Assembly: GCA_002753335.1 (NCBI GenBank)
Contig: PEAD01000002.1
Location: 124,001 to 188,000 of the forward strand
Direction of reading: 5' to 3'
DNA length: 64,000 nucleotides
Source: Nitrospirae bacterium MYbin3
GTDB lineage: Bacteria > Nitrospirota > Thermodesulfovibrionia > Thermodesulfovibrionales > Dissulfurispiraceae
Below the pieces are notes generated by a model, which was given only the letters and a program-made list of their open reading frames with translations, was not told the origin of the DNA and ran no database searches. This document shows positions 1 to 8,803 of this stretch, in pieces. A program made the position numbers and the translations under genes. Position 1 is the first letter of the stretch. Each line of letters starts with the position of its first letter.

Positions 1-65
1 TCTTTATATATACGGCGTCCAAATTTTTGTCATAATATACCTTCATTTTAGTTGGCTTGCTTTTC

Positions 66-305
66 TTAACAGTTCACAGCAAAATCAAAAACTGGGACTT
101 CAATAACCTTTACAGGTCTAAGCTCAAGTTTCGCAAATTTCAATAATTCCTCAACAACTGCTGGGGCATAAGTTTTTTCTCCGCAATTATTGCAAACTTC
201 GGCCGGGACATGCTCGACAAAAAGATGCTTGTCGCCTTCTTCGTAGCTGAAGGTCACCAATTTTTCAGCTAAATTGCCTCCGCAAAAAACACATTTCATT
301 TTCAA
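66..305 (-). CDS. YgiT-type zinc-finger protein (MqsA-like antitoxin N-terminal domain)
   Basis: CVFC...CNNCGE zinc motifs and VPAEVC; directly downstream of a DUF4258 gene. Confidence 0.85.
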   Translation of the reverse strand: MKMKCVFCGGNLAEKLVTFSYEEGDKHLFVEHVPAEVCNNCGEKTYAPAVVEELLKFAKLELRPVKVIEVPVFDFAVNC

Positions 306-605
306 TTACCTCCTACTTCTAAAATCAATCCATTCAGCCGAATCAGGCTCGTATACAGTAATAACCACAACTGATGGCGGCAACGAAAGCTGGACATGCA
401 GATGCCTGCCACCGCTTGTTTTTCCATATAATAGACAGCTTGGAGAATATTTGTCATCAGGATACTCTTCAATAATCGTACCAAGCATAACAGCATTTTC
501 GATTTCAGGGCGGTCAATAGACCTCTCAATCATCCTTTTTACTGCATGATCGGAAAATCGATATTGGCCATTTTTTATTTTATCCTGAATCCCGTCTATT
601 GTCAT
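306..605 (-). CDS. DUF4258 domain protein (putative toxin partner of the YgiT finger)
   Basis: FSDHAVKRMIER...IIEEYPDDKYSPSCLLYG...VITVYEPD pattern. Confidence 0.85.
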   Translation of the reverse strand: MTIDGIQDKIKNGQYRFSDHAVKRMIERSIDRPEIENAVMLGTIIEEYPDDKYSPSCLLYGKTSGGRHLHVQLSLPPSVVVITVYEPDSAEWIDFRSRR

Positions 606-701
606 TAATTAAACCCAATAGCTTCTTTATTTGTAAGTCAACTAAATAGAACCGTCCCATTTATTTCTTATATTTATCATGTTAAAGAGAACCGTTATTT
701 T

Positions 702-3700
702 TTACCTATCAATTATTGTGCAACTTGAAGCATTAACGACTGTTAACCCTATACAATTATTCCCGTCAGTATCCAACCCTTTTAGTCCTGCATCAGTATA
801 AGAACAAGATGGAGTATCACTATCGCATCTTGGACTTGTTGAATAAAGTTTAAGGTCCTGTCCATTAGTAATAAGCTCTGTATTTGCAGTAATAGGATTA
901 GGCGCGCAAGCGCCAGTGCCTAATCTGTAATAAGTATTTCCAGGTTGGGTGTTCCAAATACTTATTCGTGTACCAGAACAGTTTGCTGGCAAAAATGTCG
1001 CAATCACTGTACAGTTTGCGGTTATCGCGCTCGTTGTATAGGTGAATGCCGCCGTTCCATTTGCTGGAGATCCTCCGCAGGTGCCGCTCATAGTTGCTGT
1101 GAAAGTAGCATTGGGTGTTACCGTGATGCTTGCGGTTCCATTATAGTTGACTGTTTGGCTTGCTCCGATTGTGCCGCCGGTGCCTACACGTGAAGTAGTA
1201 ACCGTATATTGTCTTGTAGCGCTGCAACTAGCGGTAGTGCCGCCATTAGATCCGGTGCACTGCCATGTGTAAGTTGATGTATTAGGTGTTACTGATGTTG
1301 GGGTGCCTGCAGAGCACAAATTAGTTGGTGTTGAGGTGAACGAACTGCCATTGTCTGTGCCACATGTGCCGTTTACGGAGGTTGCTATGGCTGCTGAGCA
1401 ACTGCCAGTGTCTCCTGTAGAATTTGTTAGGTTTAAAGTATAAGTCCCGGGAGTAACAGCTCCATTGCACGAATAGCTGCCGTCGTTAACACTGGTAGCA
1501 TTGGCGCATGCAGTACCGGATGAAGGCGCTCCGGTAGCTGGCGACCATGATATGGCAACAGGACCGTTATTTGTTGTATAGCTAAATGTGGATGTTCCCC
1601 CCGCGGCTGGAACAGGCGTTCCACTTATTGTGCATGTTGGATTAGGTACAGCAAACGGGACATAATAGACAGTGTCTTTGATTCCTCCATCACTTTGCCC
1701 ACCAATAACATACAGATAACCATTATTCACCACACTTGTATGGTGCTCACGGAGCTGGCTTGTACTTGAATTGTCTTTTATCGATGTAGTTTCTTTCCAG
1801 GTTCCGATAGACCCGTCAGTATTTATAGGAGCATAATAAACTGTATCACGTCGTGGGCTCCATCCACCAATAACATACATATAACCGTTGTTCACTGCGC
1901 TTGTGTGAAGATAACGATTTTGGGTTGTACTTGAGTTGTCTTTTATCGATGTTGTTTCTTTCCAAGTTCCGATAGACCCGTCAGCATTTATAGGGGAGTA
2001 ATAAACCGTATTCAGTGGATTGCCTGCATTATCAGATCCACCAATAACATACATATAACCATTGTTCACTACGCTTGTATGGAGCCAACGAGGCTTACTT
2101 GCAAGCAAATCGTCTTTTATCGATGTTGTTTCTTTCCAAGTTCCGATAGACCCGTCACTATTTATAGGGGCATAAAAGACCTTGTCAGAGGATGTTACGC
2201 CACCCCCAAGCACTGTGCTATTTCCCCCGATAACATACAGATAACCATTGTTCACTACGCTCGCAAGGTGGTAGAGCGGCTGGCTTGTGCTTGAGTTGTC
2301 TTTTATCGATGTTGTTTCTTTCCAAGTTCCGATAGACCCGTCACTATTTATAGGCGCGTAATAAACAGTATTAACGGGGGCAGCTCTATTTCCTCCAATA
2401 ACATACATATAACCTTTGTTCACCACTGTTGCATGGGCATCACGTGGTTTGCTACCCCCTACGTCAATTGGATTTGTCGCGAGCCAAGTTCCGATAGTCC
2501 CATTAGAATTAATAGGGGCATAGTAAACAGTGTCACGACTAGTTGTAGAGGCATCATACCCACCGATTACATACAAATAATTATTATAAGCTACACTTGT
2601 ATGGAGCCTACGTGGCTGGCTTGTACTGCTGACATTTATGGACGATGTTTCTGCCCAAGTCTTCACATGGCCTGTAGGCTGAGTATAAAAGCCTGAGCCA
2701 AAGTTAGAAATTGTGGCCTTGTTTCCTTCAGCTGCGTGTGTAAATCCGAATTTCACATTATCTAAACTGCCGGGCAGGGCAAAACATCTTTTTATAAGCG
2801 GTGTCTGCGTATAATCACTGGTAAGGTCATTGCAATCATTGCAGTCAACCCATGCTCTTAGAAGGGCATAACGACTCGTTGAATTAGGAGTAAATGTGGT
2901 GCAGGTACTGTCGTTGTAGTCATTGCGGATTTCGATGCGTGCAATATGGGTTGATGCGTCTTCAAGCCATGTAGCAGCGCTTGTATAATAGCAGCCTTCA
3001 GACGGGATGGCAAGAGGAAAGGTTGATCCTAAAGCGCATGATGCATTTGAACCTGAATGCGCATTGCTTGCTCCACCTACCGCAGCAATGTGATTGCTGG
3101 ATGGGTCGCTTTTGGATGAGGAATAACGTGTGTCAAATTCAACAGACAGACTATTGGCTCCTATAGGATTAGCTGCAGGCGTCGATCCTGTGTCATATCC
3201 GAGATGTGTCCCTAAATCTCCACAAACAGAGGTGGAGTTTGCGCTTGTCATTAAGGTATATGTGAAGCCGTCCCCGTAGGTTGATGAATCGCCGGTATCA
3301 CTTCCAGAAAACTTAAAAGCGTAATACGCCCGCATGGTTTTCCCTAAAAAGGTTGGGTTGTTGTCAGACCAAATACATCCCGGCGCAGTGCCTGAGCTGT
3401 TTCCCAAGGTAACCGTTGTAGCTGTAGCAGAAACTCCTGACCCTGCCGGAGTTGATGATAAATTGCTTATAAAACCTTGCGCCCCAATAGGGTCTTTAAT
3501 TGGGCCGGAGCTGCCACCGCATGAAGCCTTAATGTTTATGCTTAATGTTTTTTGGATCTTATTGTTATTATCATCGCCTTTTACAAAAAATGTAATAGGA
3601 TATGTTCCGGCAGTGGCGGTAATCGCCGTAATAGCATCAAGCTGAGCGCTTAATGTCGTGCCCCATGTGGCAGTAGCGCATCCGCCTGATGCTACAACAG

Positions 3701-4439
3701 GAATGCCGGATGTTGCAGTTATTCCTGCGGGTAAAGAACCGCTGCTTGTTTCTATGCACCATGAATATTGACCGGTAGAGGATATCCCCCCTGATGCAAA
3801 TACTGAAGCAGAATATGTTTTTGTAGCGCATCCATCGGGAAGCTGGTTGTTCAGGATAGTTAGCCTTCCGCTGGAACAGCCAGCCTTGCTTTTAAGCACT
3901 TCTAGTGGAAGTGTTCGGTAAAGATTGTCATTGTTAGTATTGAAAGATGATGGGGTTTGTATTTCATCAGATAAACTTCCTACAAAAGAATATGATCCGG
4001 ATGTGTTGGGTGGGGCCACCCCCATTGAAGAATCAGGTCCTTTGCTAGTAACTAAAAAAGCCATATAAAGACCACTTACGGTGTCGCGAATGCTTGTGGT
4101 TGTTTTTCCGCATAAACCACCAGTTGCGGTGTTTGTCAAATCACTGTCATACAAGTAAATAAAGTCGTTGCCCCATGGGTCTTTAGTGTCTCTCAATAAG
4201 GTGGGGAAAGTGGTATTATTAGGCAATACCTTGTTGGTTACACCATAGCTTATTACCGCATTGACGGCAGCATCAAGCGAGCCGATTGTTTTTTTAATCT
4301 TTTCTGTTTTTGCTTTTGAACCCCAAATCCAAATAGTTGCGCTTATTGTTGCGGTAATAATTATAAGAATTAATGCCGCCCATATAAGAAGAGAGCCTCT
4401 GTTGTTTCTAATATGTGGCGGAAAGCATCGTATATTCAT
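702..4439 (-). CDS. Large pilin/pseudopilin-like adhesin: pilin domain, Ig-like domain, L-type lectin-like domain, Kelch-repeat propeller, Cys-rich C-terminal domains
   Basis: N-terminal RG|SLLIWAAL class III-like signal; DPWGN pilin motif; GDGFTY...SLSVEFDT lectin-like motif; repeated YMYVIGG Kelch motifs. Confidence 0.75.
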   Translation of the reverse strand: MNIRCFPPHIRNNRGSLLIWAALILIIITATISATIWIWGSKAKTEKIKKTIGSLDAAVNAVISYGVTNKVLPNNTTFPTLLRDTKDPWGNDFIYLYDSDLTNTATGGLCGKTTTSIRDTVSGLYMAFLVTSKGPDSSMGVAPPNTSGSYSFVGSLSDEIQTPSSFNTNNDNLYRTLPLEVLKSKAGCSSGRLTILNNQLPDGCATKTYSASVFASGGISSTGQYSWCIETSSGSLPAGITATSGIPVVASGGCATATWGTTLSAQLDAITAITATAGTYPITFFVKGDDNNNKIQKTLSINIKASCGGSSGPIKDPIGAQGFISNLSSTPAGSGVSATATTVTLGNSSGTAPGCIWSDNNPTFLGKTMRAYYAFKFSGSDTGDSSTYGDGFTYTLMTSANSTSVCGDLGTHLGYDTGSTPAANPIGANSLSVEFDTRYSSSKSDPSSNHIAAVGGASNAHSGSNASCALGSTFPLAIPSEGCYYTSAATWLEDASTHIARIEIRNDYNDSTCTTFTPNSTSRYALLRAWVDCNDCNDLTSDYTQTPLIKRCFALPGSLDNVKFGFTHAAEGNKATISNFGSGFYTQPTGHVKTWAETSSINVSSTSQPRRLHTSVAYNNYLYVIGGYDASTTSRDTVYYAPINSNGTIGTWLATNPIDVGGSKPRDAHATVVNKGYMYVIGGNRAAPVNTVYYAPINSDGSIGTWKETTSIKDNSSTSQPLYHLASVVNNGYLYVIGGNSTVLGGGVTSSDKVFYAPINSDGSIGTWKETTSIKDDLLASKPRWLHTSVVNNGYMYVIGGSDNAGNPLNTVYYSPINADGSIGTWKETTSIKDNSSTTQNRYLHTSAVNNGYMYVIGGWSPRRDTVYYAPINTDGSIGTWKETTSIKDNSSTSQLREHHTSVVNNGYLYVIGGQSDGGIKDTVYYVPFAVPNPTCTISGTPVPAAGGTSTFSYTTNNGPVAISWSPATGAPSSGTACANATSVNDGSYSCNGAVTPGTYTLNLTNSTGDTGSCSAAIATSVNGTCGTDNGSSFTSTPTNLCSAGTPTSVTPNTSTYTWQCTGSNGGTTASCSATRQYTVTTSRVGTGGTIGASQTVNYNGTASITVTPNATFTATMSGTCGGSPANGTAAFTYTTSAITANCTVIATFLPANCSGTRISIWNTQPGNTYYRLGTGACAPNPITANTELITNGQDLKLYSTSPRCDSDTPSCSYTDAGLKGLDTDGNNCIGLTVVNASSCTIIDR
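1660..2640 (-). repeat. Intragenic Kelch-like tandem repeats (~55-60 aa; 5-6 units)
   Basis: Near-identical DNA blocks TTTATCGATGTTGTTTCTTTCCAAGTTCCGATAGACCCGTCA at ~1777, ~1941, ~2116 and ~2301; protein repeat YYAPINSDGSIGTWKETTSIKD. Confidence 0.9.
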
Positions 4440-4443
4440 ATTG

Positions 4444-5421
4444 TTAAGGGTTTATTGTTATTACAAAAGACTTATTGTCGTTATTATTGTTATTGTCACT
4501 AACCGCGATGCGTATGTTATAGCTGCCGGCAGCAGGTGTTCCTGAGTTATTGTCAAAACTTAGCTGTGTGCAAGGTGAGCCTGAGCCTGACCATGTCTGC
4601 CTAGTTACGGGGTTGGCGCCGCACATTACACGAAGCCATGACATATTACCGCTTATGTTATCCCAGTACCATTGATATCCGCCAGCTGCATAGGGAACAC
4701 CACCTGAAGCAAATACATTTGCACTGTAAGGGGTTGCTGTAGCAGAGCCTGAAGGCATTTCATTATTTATCATTTGAAGCGGCGCACCCTGACAACCGAT
4801 TTGGGTTCTGAGTTCGCTAAGTGTAACCCATTTAACGATATCGTCATAAGGGTCTGCACTGCCGGCAGATCCGTTGACAGTAGTGTTCGGGTTTTCGAGC
4901 GGACTGTAAATAGTAACAGTTTGCGGTGACGCTGCTCTGACATCCTGAGTGCCCCAGCCGGTTGGGGTTCCTGTCTGTATATTGAAATTTGCACCGCTGC
5001 TGAAGATGATAAATGCTACATCCGTAATGGTTCTATTCCCTTTAATGACATCATTTATTTGCAAAGTAACGCTTGTTGTTCTTCTGCCGCAAATGCCTCC
5101 TGATCCTGCAGTTGCTGTATCATTGTCGTATATATAATATAGCGAATTGCCCCAAGGATCGTTGGGGTTTCTTATTAGGGATGTGAATTCGGCACCTGTT
5201 GAAGGTAGCCTTTTAGTGGTCATCCCAAAACTGACTACGGATTCTATTGCGCTATCTATATACCCTTCAGCCTGTTTTACCTTTGCTCCCTTAAGCGTGG
5301 GGCCCAATACACCAAGGCCGAGGCCCAAGATTATACCGATTATTATAAGCACCATAGACAGCTCAATAAGTGTAAAGCCCTTGGTATTTCTGAATTTGGC
5401 AATGATCGAAAAGATATTCAT
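4444..5421 (-). CDS. Prepilin-type N-terminal cleavage/methylation domain protein (type IV pilin / T2SS pseudopilin)
   Basis: KG|FTLIELSMVLIIIGIILGLG motif; DPWGN. Confidence 0.9.
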   Translation of the reverse strand: MNIFSIIAKFRNTKGFTLIELSMVLIIIGIILGLGLGVLGPTLKGAKVKQAEGYIDSAIESVVSFGMTTKRLPSTGAEFTSLIRNPNDPWGNSLYYIYDNDTATAGSGGICGRRTTSVTLQINDVIKGNRTITDVAFIIFSSGANFNIQTGTPTGWGTQDVRAASPQTVTIYSPLENPNTTVNGSAGSADPYDDIVKWVTLSELRTQIGCQGAPLQMINNEMPSGSATATPYSANVFASGGVPYAAGGYQWYWDNISGNMSWLRVMCGANPVTRQTWSGSGSPCTQLSFDNNSGTPAAGSYNIRIAVSDNNNNNDNKSFVITINP

Positions 5422-5460
5422 TTTTATTCCCCCGCTCCTCTATGTTACAGACATAGTTAC

Positions 5461-5489
5461 ATTTTATAGCTTTTTATGAGGATAAGCAA
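5461..5489 (-). promoter_or_regulatory. sigma70-like promoter upstream of the pilin genes (copy 1 of a 32-bp direct repeat)
   Basis: Minus strand TTGCTT-N17-TAAAAT. Confidence 0.55.
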
Positions 5490-5644
5490 TGTGTTGTATC
5501 TAACATAACACTTAAAGCAAGCGCCTCGGCTTGAGCAATAGCATTTTCACGGGTATGTCCATATTTCATCACACCAGGAAGCTCAATAATTTCAGCTATC
5601 CATTTCCCATCTGTTTCTTGTTCGGTTTCAACTGTAAATGTCAT
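5474..5644 (-). pseudogene. HicB-family antitoxin, probably C-terminally truncated (56 aa; not in the ORF track)
   Basis: Manual translation MTFTVETEQETDGKWIAEIIELPGVMKYGHTRENAIAQAEALALSVMLDTTHCLSS*; GGAGG RBS; ends inside the promoter repeat. Confidence 0.7.
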
Positions 5645-5675
5645 AAAAGCCTCCTGCTAAAATTTCGTAGTGCAT

Positions 5676-5739
5676 GGCTAATGACATAACTAACCGGTGC
5701 GCAGTTTTCTCTAGCGTCCGGTTGAGTGTTTTGTTAGAC
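5676..5739 (-). other. Integron attC-like recombination site (R' box degenerate)
   Basis: Minus strand GTCTAAC-aaaac-ACTCAACC...GGTTAGT-tatgtc-ATTAGCC; imperfect palindrome overlapping the 3' end of the upstream gene. Confidence 0.65.
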
Positions 5740-6037
5740 CGCCTGCATTTATAGCCTCATTGATCAATCTTAACTCAAGTCGATAGCCGAGGGCCTGAGC
5801 ATATTTCTGCAATGTAGCCAATGACGGCGAGTGCTTTCCCTTTCCGGATTCCAGACGTGCCACGGCAGACTGTGTTGTTCCTATACGTTCGGCGACCTCT
5901 GACTGAGTGATGCCAGCTGAGGTGCGTGCTTTCAAAAACTCGTCAAAGAGTGTGAACTCCTCAGCGAGACGATCATATTCGGCCTTAACATCAGTGCGAG
6001 ATAGAGCACGAGACTTAAGTTCTTTGTGGGTTAGCAT
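5711..6037 (-). CDS. XRE-family HTH antitoxin (HigA-like)
   Basis: GITQSEVAERIGTTQSAVARLESG...PSLATLQKYAQALG. Confidence 0.9.
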   Translation of the reverse strand: MLTHKELKSRALSRTDVKAEYDRLAEEFTLFDEFLKARTSAGITQSEVAERIGTTQSAVARLESGKGKHSPSLATLQKYAQALGYRLELRLINEAINAGGLTKHSTGR

Positions 6038-6066
6038 TCTTTACCTCCTTCATACGCCGCCTAGCG

Positions 6067-6390
6067 TCATACTAAAACTCCTTCTCTTTCGATAGCCTCA
6101 TAGAAAGGCGTATGGAAGTTCTTCTCTTTCTCAAAGGCCTTAAGGTCTTTTATCACAGGCGAGAACGATACGCCGCTTTGCATCTCTTCTTCAACAAAAA
6201 TATCGATAACTTTTGCCTCTATTGAGGGGGCTTTGTCTTTTTCGATAACAAGAATATCGAAATCGGACCATTCACCGAAATCACCCCGAACTCTCGACCC
6301 AAAGGCGTAGAGGGATACAAAATTTTGCGGCAGGTAGTCGGTAAGCAGCTGCCTTATTTTCTGCAACGATTCTTTTTCATAAATTTGCAT
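6067..6390 (-). CDS. Minimal nucleotidyltransferase (MNT; type VII TA antitoxin-like)
   Basis: FGSRVRGD...SDFDIL motif; C-terminal IEREGV. Confidence 0.85.
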   Translation of the reverse strand: MQIYEKESLQKIRQLLTDYLPQNFVSLYAFGSRVRGDFGEWSDFDILVIEKDKAPSIEAKVIDIFVEEEMQSGVSFSPVIKDLKAFEKEKNFHTPFYEAIEREGVLV

Positions 6391-6415
6391 GGCTAATAAT
6401 ATCGTACCTCTTTAA

Positions 6416-6444
6416 ATTTTATAGCTTTTTATTCGGATACGCAA
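6416..6444 (-). promoter_or_regulatory. sigma70-like promoter upstream of the MNT gene (copy 2 of the direct repeat)
   Basis: Minus strand TTGCGT-N17-TAAAAT; 29/32 identical to 5461-5492. Confidence 0.55.
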
Positions 6445-6468
6445 TGTTATCATATCAGCAACAAAAGA

Positions 6469-6774
6469 CTAAGCGGCAATATTGCTGTATGGCTTAATCT
6501 TAGCAAGCATCCCGGCCATCTTATCTTTCGCTACAGAAAGGTCATAATCAACCTGTAGCCTTTCCCAAAAACCGTCACTCAATCCAAAATATTTTGAAAG
6601 CCTAAGGCCGGTATCTGCTGTTATGGATCTTTTGCCCGAAACGATTTCTCCTATACGACGCTGTGGTACGCCGATTTCCTTTGCCAGTCTGTACTGCGTT
6701 ATTGCCAAGGGCTTTAGAAATTCTTCAAGGAGAATTTCTCCCGGTGTCGGATATTTTATCTCTCTTTTTCTCAT
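6469..6774 (-). CDS. higA: HigA family addiction module antitoxin
   Basis: PGEILLEEFLKPL..TQYRLAKEIGVP..RSITADTGLRL..FW..LQ..YDL. Confidence 0.92.
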   Translation of the reverse strand: MRKREIKYPTPGEILLEEFLKPLAITQYRLAKEIGVPQRRIGEIVSGKRSITADTGLRLSKYFGLSDGFWERLQVDYDLSVAKDKMAGMLAKIKPYSNIAA

Positions 6775-6783
6775 AGCATCCCC

Positions 6784-7062
6784 CTAATGATAATCGACAA
6801 TTTCTACATCCAAAGCATTGCCATTTTTAAATTTGAAGCAAATACGCGACTGGTCGTTAATGCGTATGCTCCATTGCCCTTTGCGTTTACCTGACAGCGC
6901 CTCAAGCCTGTTGCCCGGGGGAACCCTCAAATCGTCTATTTCCCCTGCAACATTCAGTAAAGCAAGTTTTCTCATTGCAGCTGCCTCGAAACCTGAAAAT
7001 TTGGCGATACGCTTGCCTTTGAACATTTTTTCAGTGTCGTGGCATTTAAAAGATACAATCAT
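6784..7062 (-). CDS. higB: HigB (RelE/ParE family) toxin
   Basis: MIVSFKC...DLRVPPGNRLEALSG.RKGQWSIRINDQ.RICF...VEIVDYH. Confidence 0.92.
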   Translation of the reverse strand: MIVSFKCHDTEKMFKGKRIAKFSGFEAAAMRKLALLNVAGEIDDLRVPPGNRLEALSGKRKGQWSIRINDQSRICFKFKNGNALDVEIVDYH

Positions 7063-7156
7063 GCTTAATAATAATGCAACGCGTTACTATTGTCAAACAA
7101 TAAGCTGTCATGTTTTTATTTGATATAATAGTATAAATGACTTAAGGGAAGGCTCA

Positions 7157-7432
7157 ATGAAAACATTATCAAATGAAGAAAAAGATATTGTTGATGCCTA
7201 CGAAAAAGGCAAAATGGCTCTTTCATCTCCAACAAAAAAAGAAATTGAAGCAATCAAAGCAACAGCACGAAAGACGTTAGTAAAAGACAAGCGAATTACC
7301 ATACGTCTCTACGACCATCATTATCAAGGTATTCAAAAAAAAACGATCGAGATGGGGTTGCCTTATCAAACACTTATTTCTGGAATAATTCATAGATATA
7401 TTGAAGGCGACTTGGTTTCAAAAACAGGATAG
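7157..7432 (+). CDS. CopG/RHH-type antitoxin (BrnA-like), orphan
   Basis: KDKRITIRL...GLPYQTLISGIIHRY. Confidence 0.75.
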   Translation: MKTLSNEEKDIVDAYEKGKMALSSPTKKEIEAIKATARKTLVKDKRITIRLYDHHYQGIQKKTIEMGLPYQTLISGIIHRYIEGDLVSKTG

Positions 7433-7434
7433 AA

Positions 7435-8370
7435 ATGCTGACTCTTTCTTACATTGTCCGGCAGGTCGAGTCTAGGCTTTTACAGATAATACCGGCAAAG
7501 ATACTTTCGGTTATTATTGGCTTTCTGCTGTTTTCCTCGACAACCTATGCCGAAAATTTTAGTTATGAGAAATACGATTCTATAATTGGAGCGTTGCAGA
7601 CCCATAAGGTTCAAGACAATGAATCTCTTATAGAGATTGCGAGAAAATTTGATGTGGGTTATAACTCTATAGTAAACGCCAATCCTGAGTTTGATCCTTT
7701 TGTTCCTACTGTGGATGGCGAGGTAAAAGTACCTACCGAATGGACTCTGCCTGAGGTTGACGTTTATGACGGAATTGTTATCAATATTTCCGAAATGAGG
7801 CTGTATCATTTTTTTATGCAAAAAGGGAGAAAACTGGTTCAGACTTTTCCTATAGGCATCGGAAGCGAAGGGAACGATACTCCACTCGGGAATTTCAGGG
7901 TTGTCGAGAAGATTGTTAAACCAAGCTGGCATGTGCCTGATTCAATCAGAGAGGAGCGGCCTGAGCTGCCGCGTGTTGTGCCGCCCGGCCCAGAAAATCC
8001 TCTTGGTTCGCATGCTTTAAGGCTTTCTTCTCACAGCATAATGATTCATGGCACAGACAAGCCGTGGGCGGTAGGAAGGCGCGCTACTCATGGATGTCTG
8101 AGGCTTTATCCCGAAGATATTCCGAAGCTTTTTAAAGCCGTTGCAAATGGCGCCAAGGTTGTTATAACAAGGCAGCCGGTTAAGGCAGGCCTTAAGAGCG
8201 GGAAGGTGTATCTTGAGGTGCACAAAGACGACGAAGAACGCCCCGAAAACTACATGCGGCTTGCTGTCGGCGTGTTGAAGAGAAAGAATCTTTTAAAAGA
8301 TGTAAGCACAGAAAAACTTTATCAGGCTATACGTGACAAGACAGGAATTCCTGTCTTGATTTCTGAATAA
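7435..8370 (+). CDS. LysM-containing L,D-transpeptidase (ErfK/YbiS/YcfS family)
   Basis: LysM LIEIARKFDVG; VVPPGPENPLG; IHGT...RATHGCLRL catalytic motif. Confidence 0.93.
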   Translation: MLTLSYIVRQVESRLLQIIPAKILSVIIGFLLFSSTTYAENFSYEKYDSIIGALQTHKVQDNESLIEIARKFDVGYNSIVNANPEFDPFVPTVDGEVKVPTEWTLPEVDVYDGIVINISEMRLYHFFMQKGRKLVQTFPIGIGSEGNDTPLGNFRVVEKIVKPSWHVPDSIREERPELPRVVPPGPENPLGSHALRLSSHSIMIHGTDKPWAVGRRATHGCLRLYPEDIPKLFKAVANGAKVVITRQPVKAGLKSGKVYLEVHKDDEERPENYMRLAVGVLKRKNLLKDVSTEKLYQAIRDKTGIPVLISE

Positions 8371-8373
8371 AAA

Positions 8374-8404
8374 AGAGGCTCAGGATTTGTCATCCTGAGC
8401 CTCT
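8374..8404. terminator. Hairpin terminator between convergent genes
   Basis: AGAGGCTCAGGAT-ttgtc-ATCCTGAGCCTCT, preceded by an A-run (U-tract on the minus strand). Confidence 0.8.
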
Positions 8405-8422
8405 GGAATGTCTAAAAACAAA

Positions 8423-8803
8423 TTATTTCTTTTGATGGAGTTCAAAAGCCTTCTGGGCTTTCTTTGAAGACATTTCAGCCTTTGACAAAGCAGCTTCGGC
8501 TCTGTCAGCAGCAGCTTCAGCTCTCTTTGCAGCTGCATCTGATTTTGCAGAAGCGTCCTTAGCCATATTCATGGCATCAGCAGCCAAAGCCTTTGCGTCT
8601 CTTGCATCTTTCTTAGCCTGGTCAATCTCGGCCACTTTGCCCTCGATGGAGCTTACTTTTGATTCGATAGCGGCAACTCTTGCTTCGAGCTTGCTGATTC
8701 TGTCAACAAGCGGGTCTATCTGCTGCTTTACGTATTCCTTTGTTGCACATCCTGCGGATAAAAGAAACATCACTGCTATCGTAAGCAATAAAACTTTTTT
8801 CAT
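8423..8803 (-). CDS. Lpp/OprI-like alanine-zipper lipoprotein
   Basis: Lipobox LSAGC; Ala-rich coiled coil; C-terminal Lys (HQKK). Confidence 0.85.
   Translation of the reverse strand: MKKVLLLTIAVMFLLSAGCATKEYVKQQIDPLVDRISKLEARVAAIESKVSSIEGKVAEIDQAKKDARDAKALAADAMNMAKDASAKSDAAAKRAEAAADRAEAALSKAEMSSKKAQKAFELHQKK

Noticed and set aside
1660..2640. Regularly spaced repeats as a possible CRISPR array
   Set aside because: The period is ~165-185 bp, in frame inside a long ORF, and encodes Kelch blades; there are no unique 30-40-bp spacers
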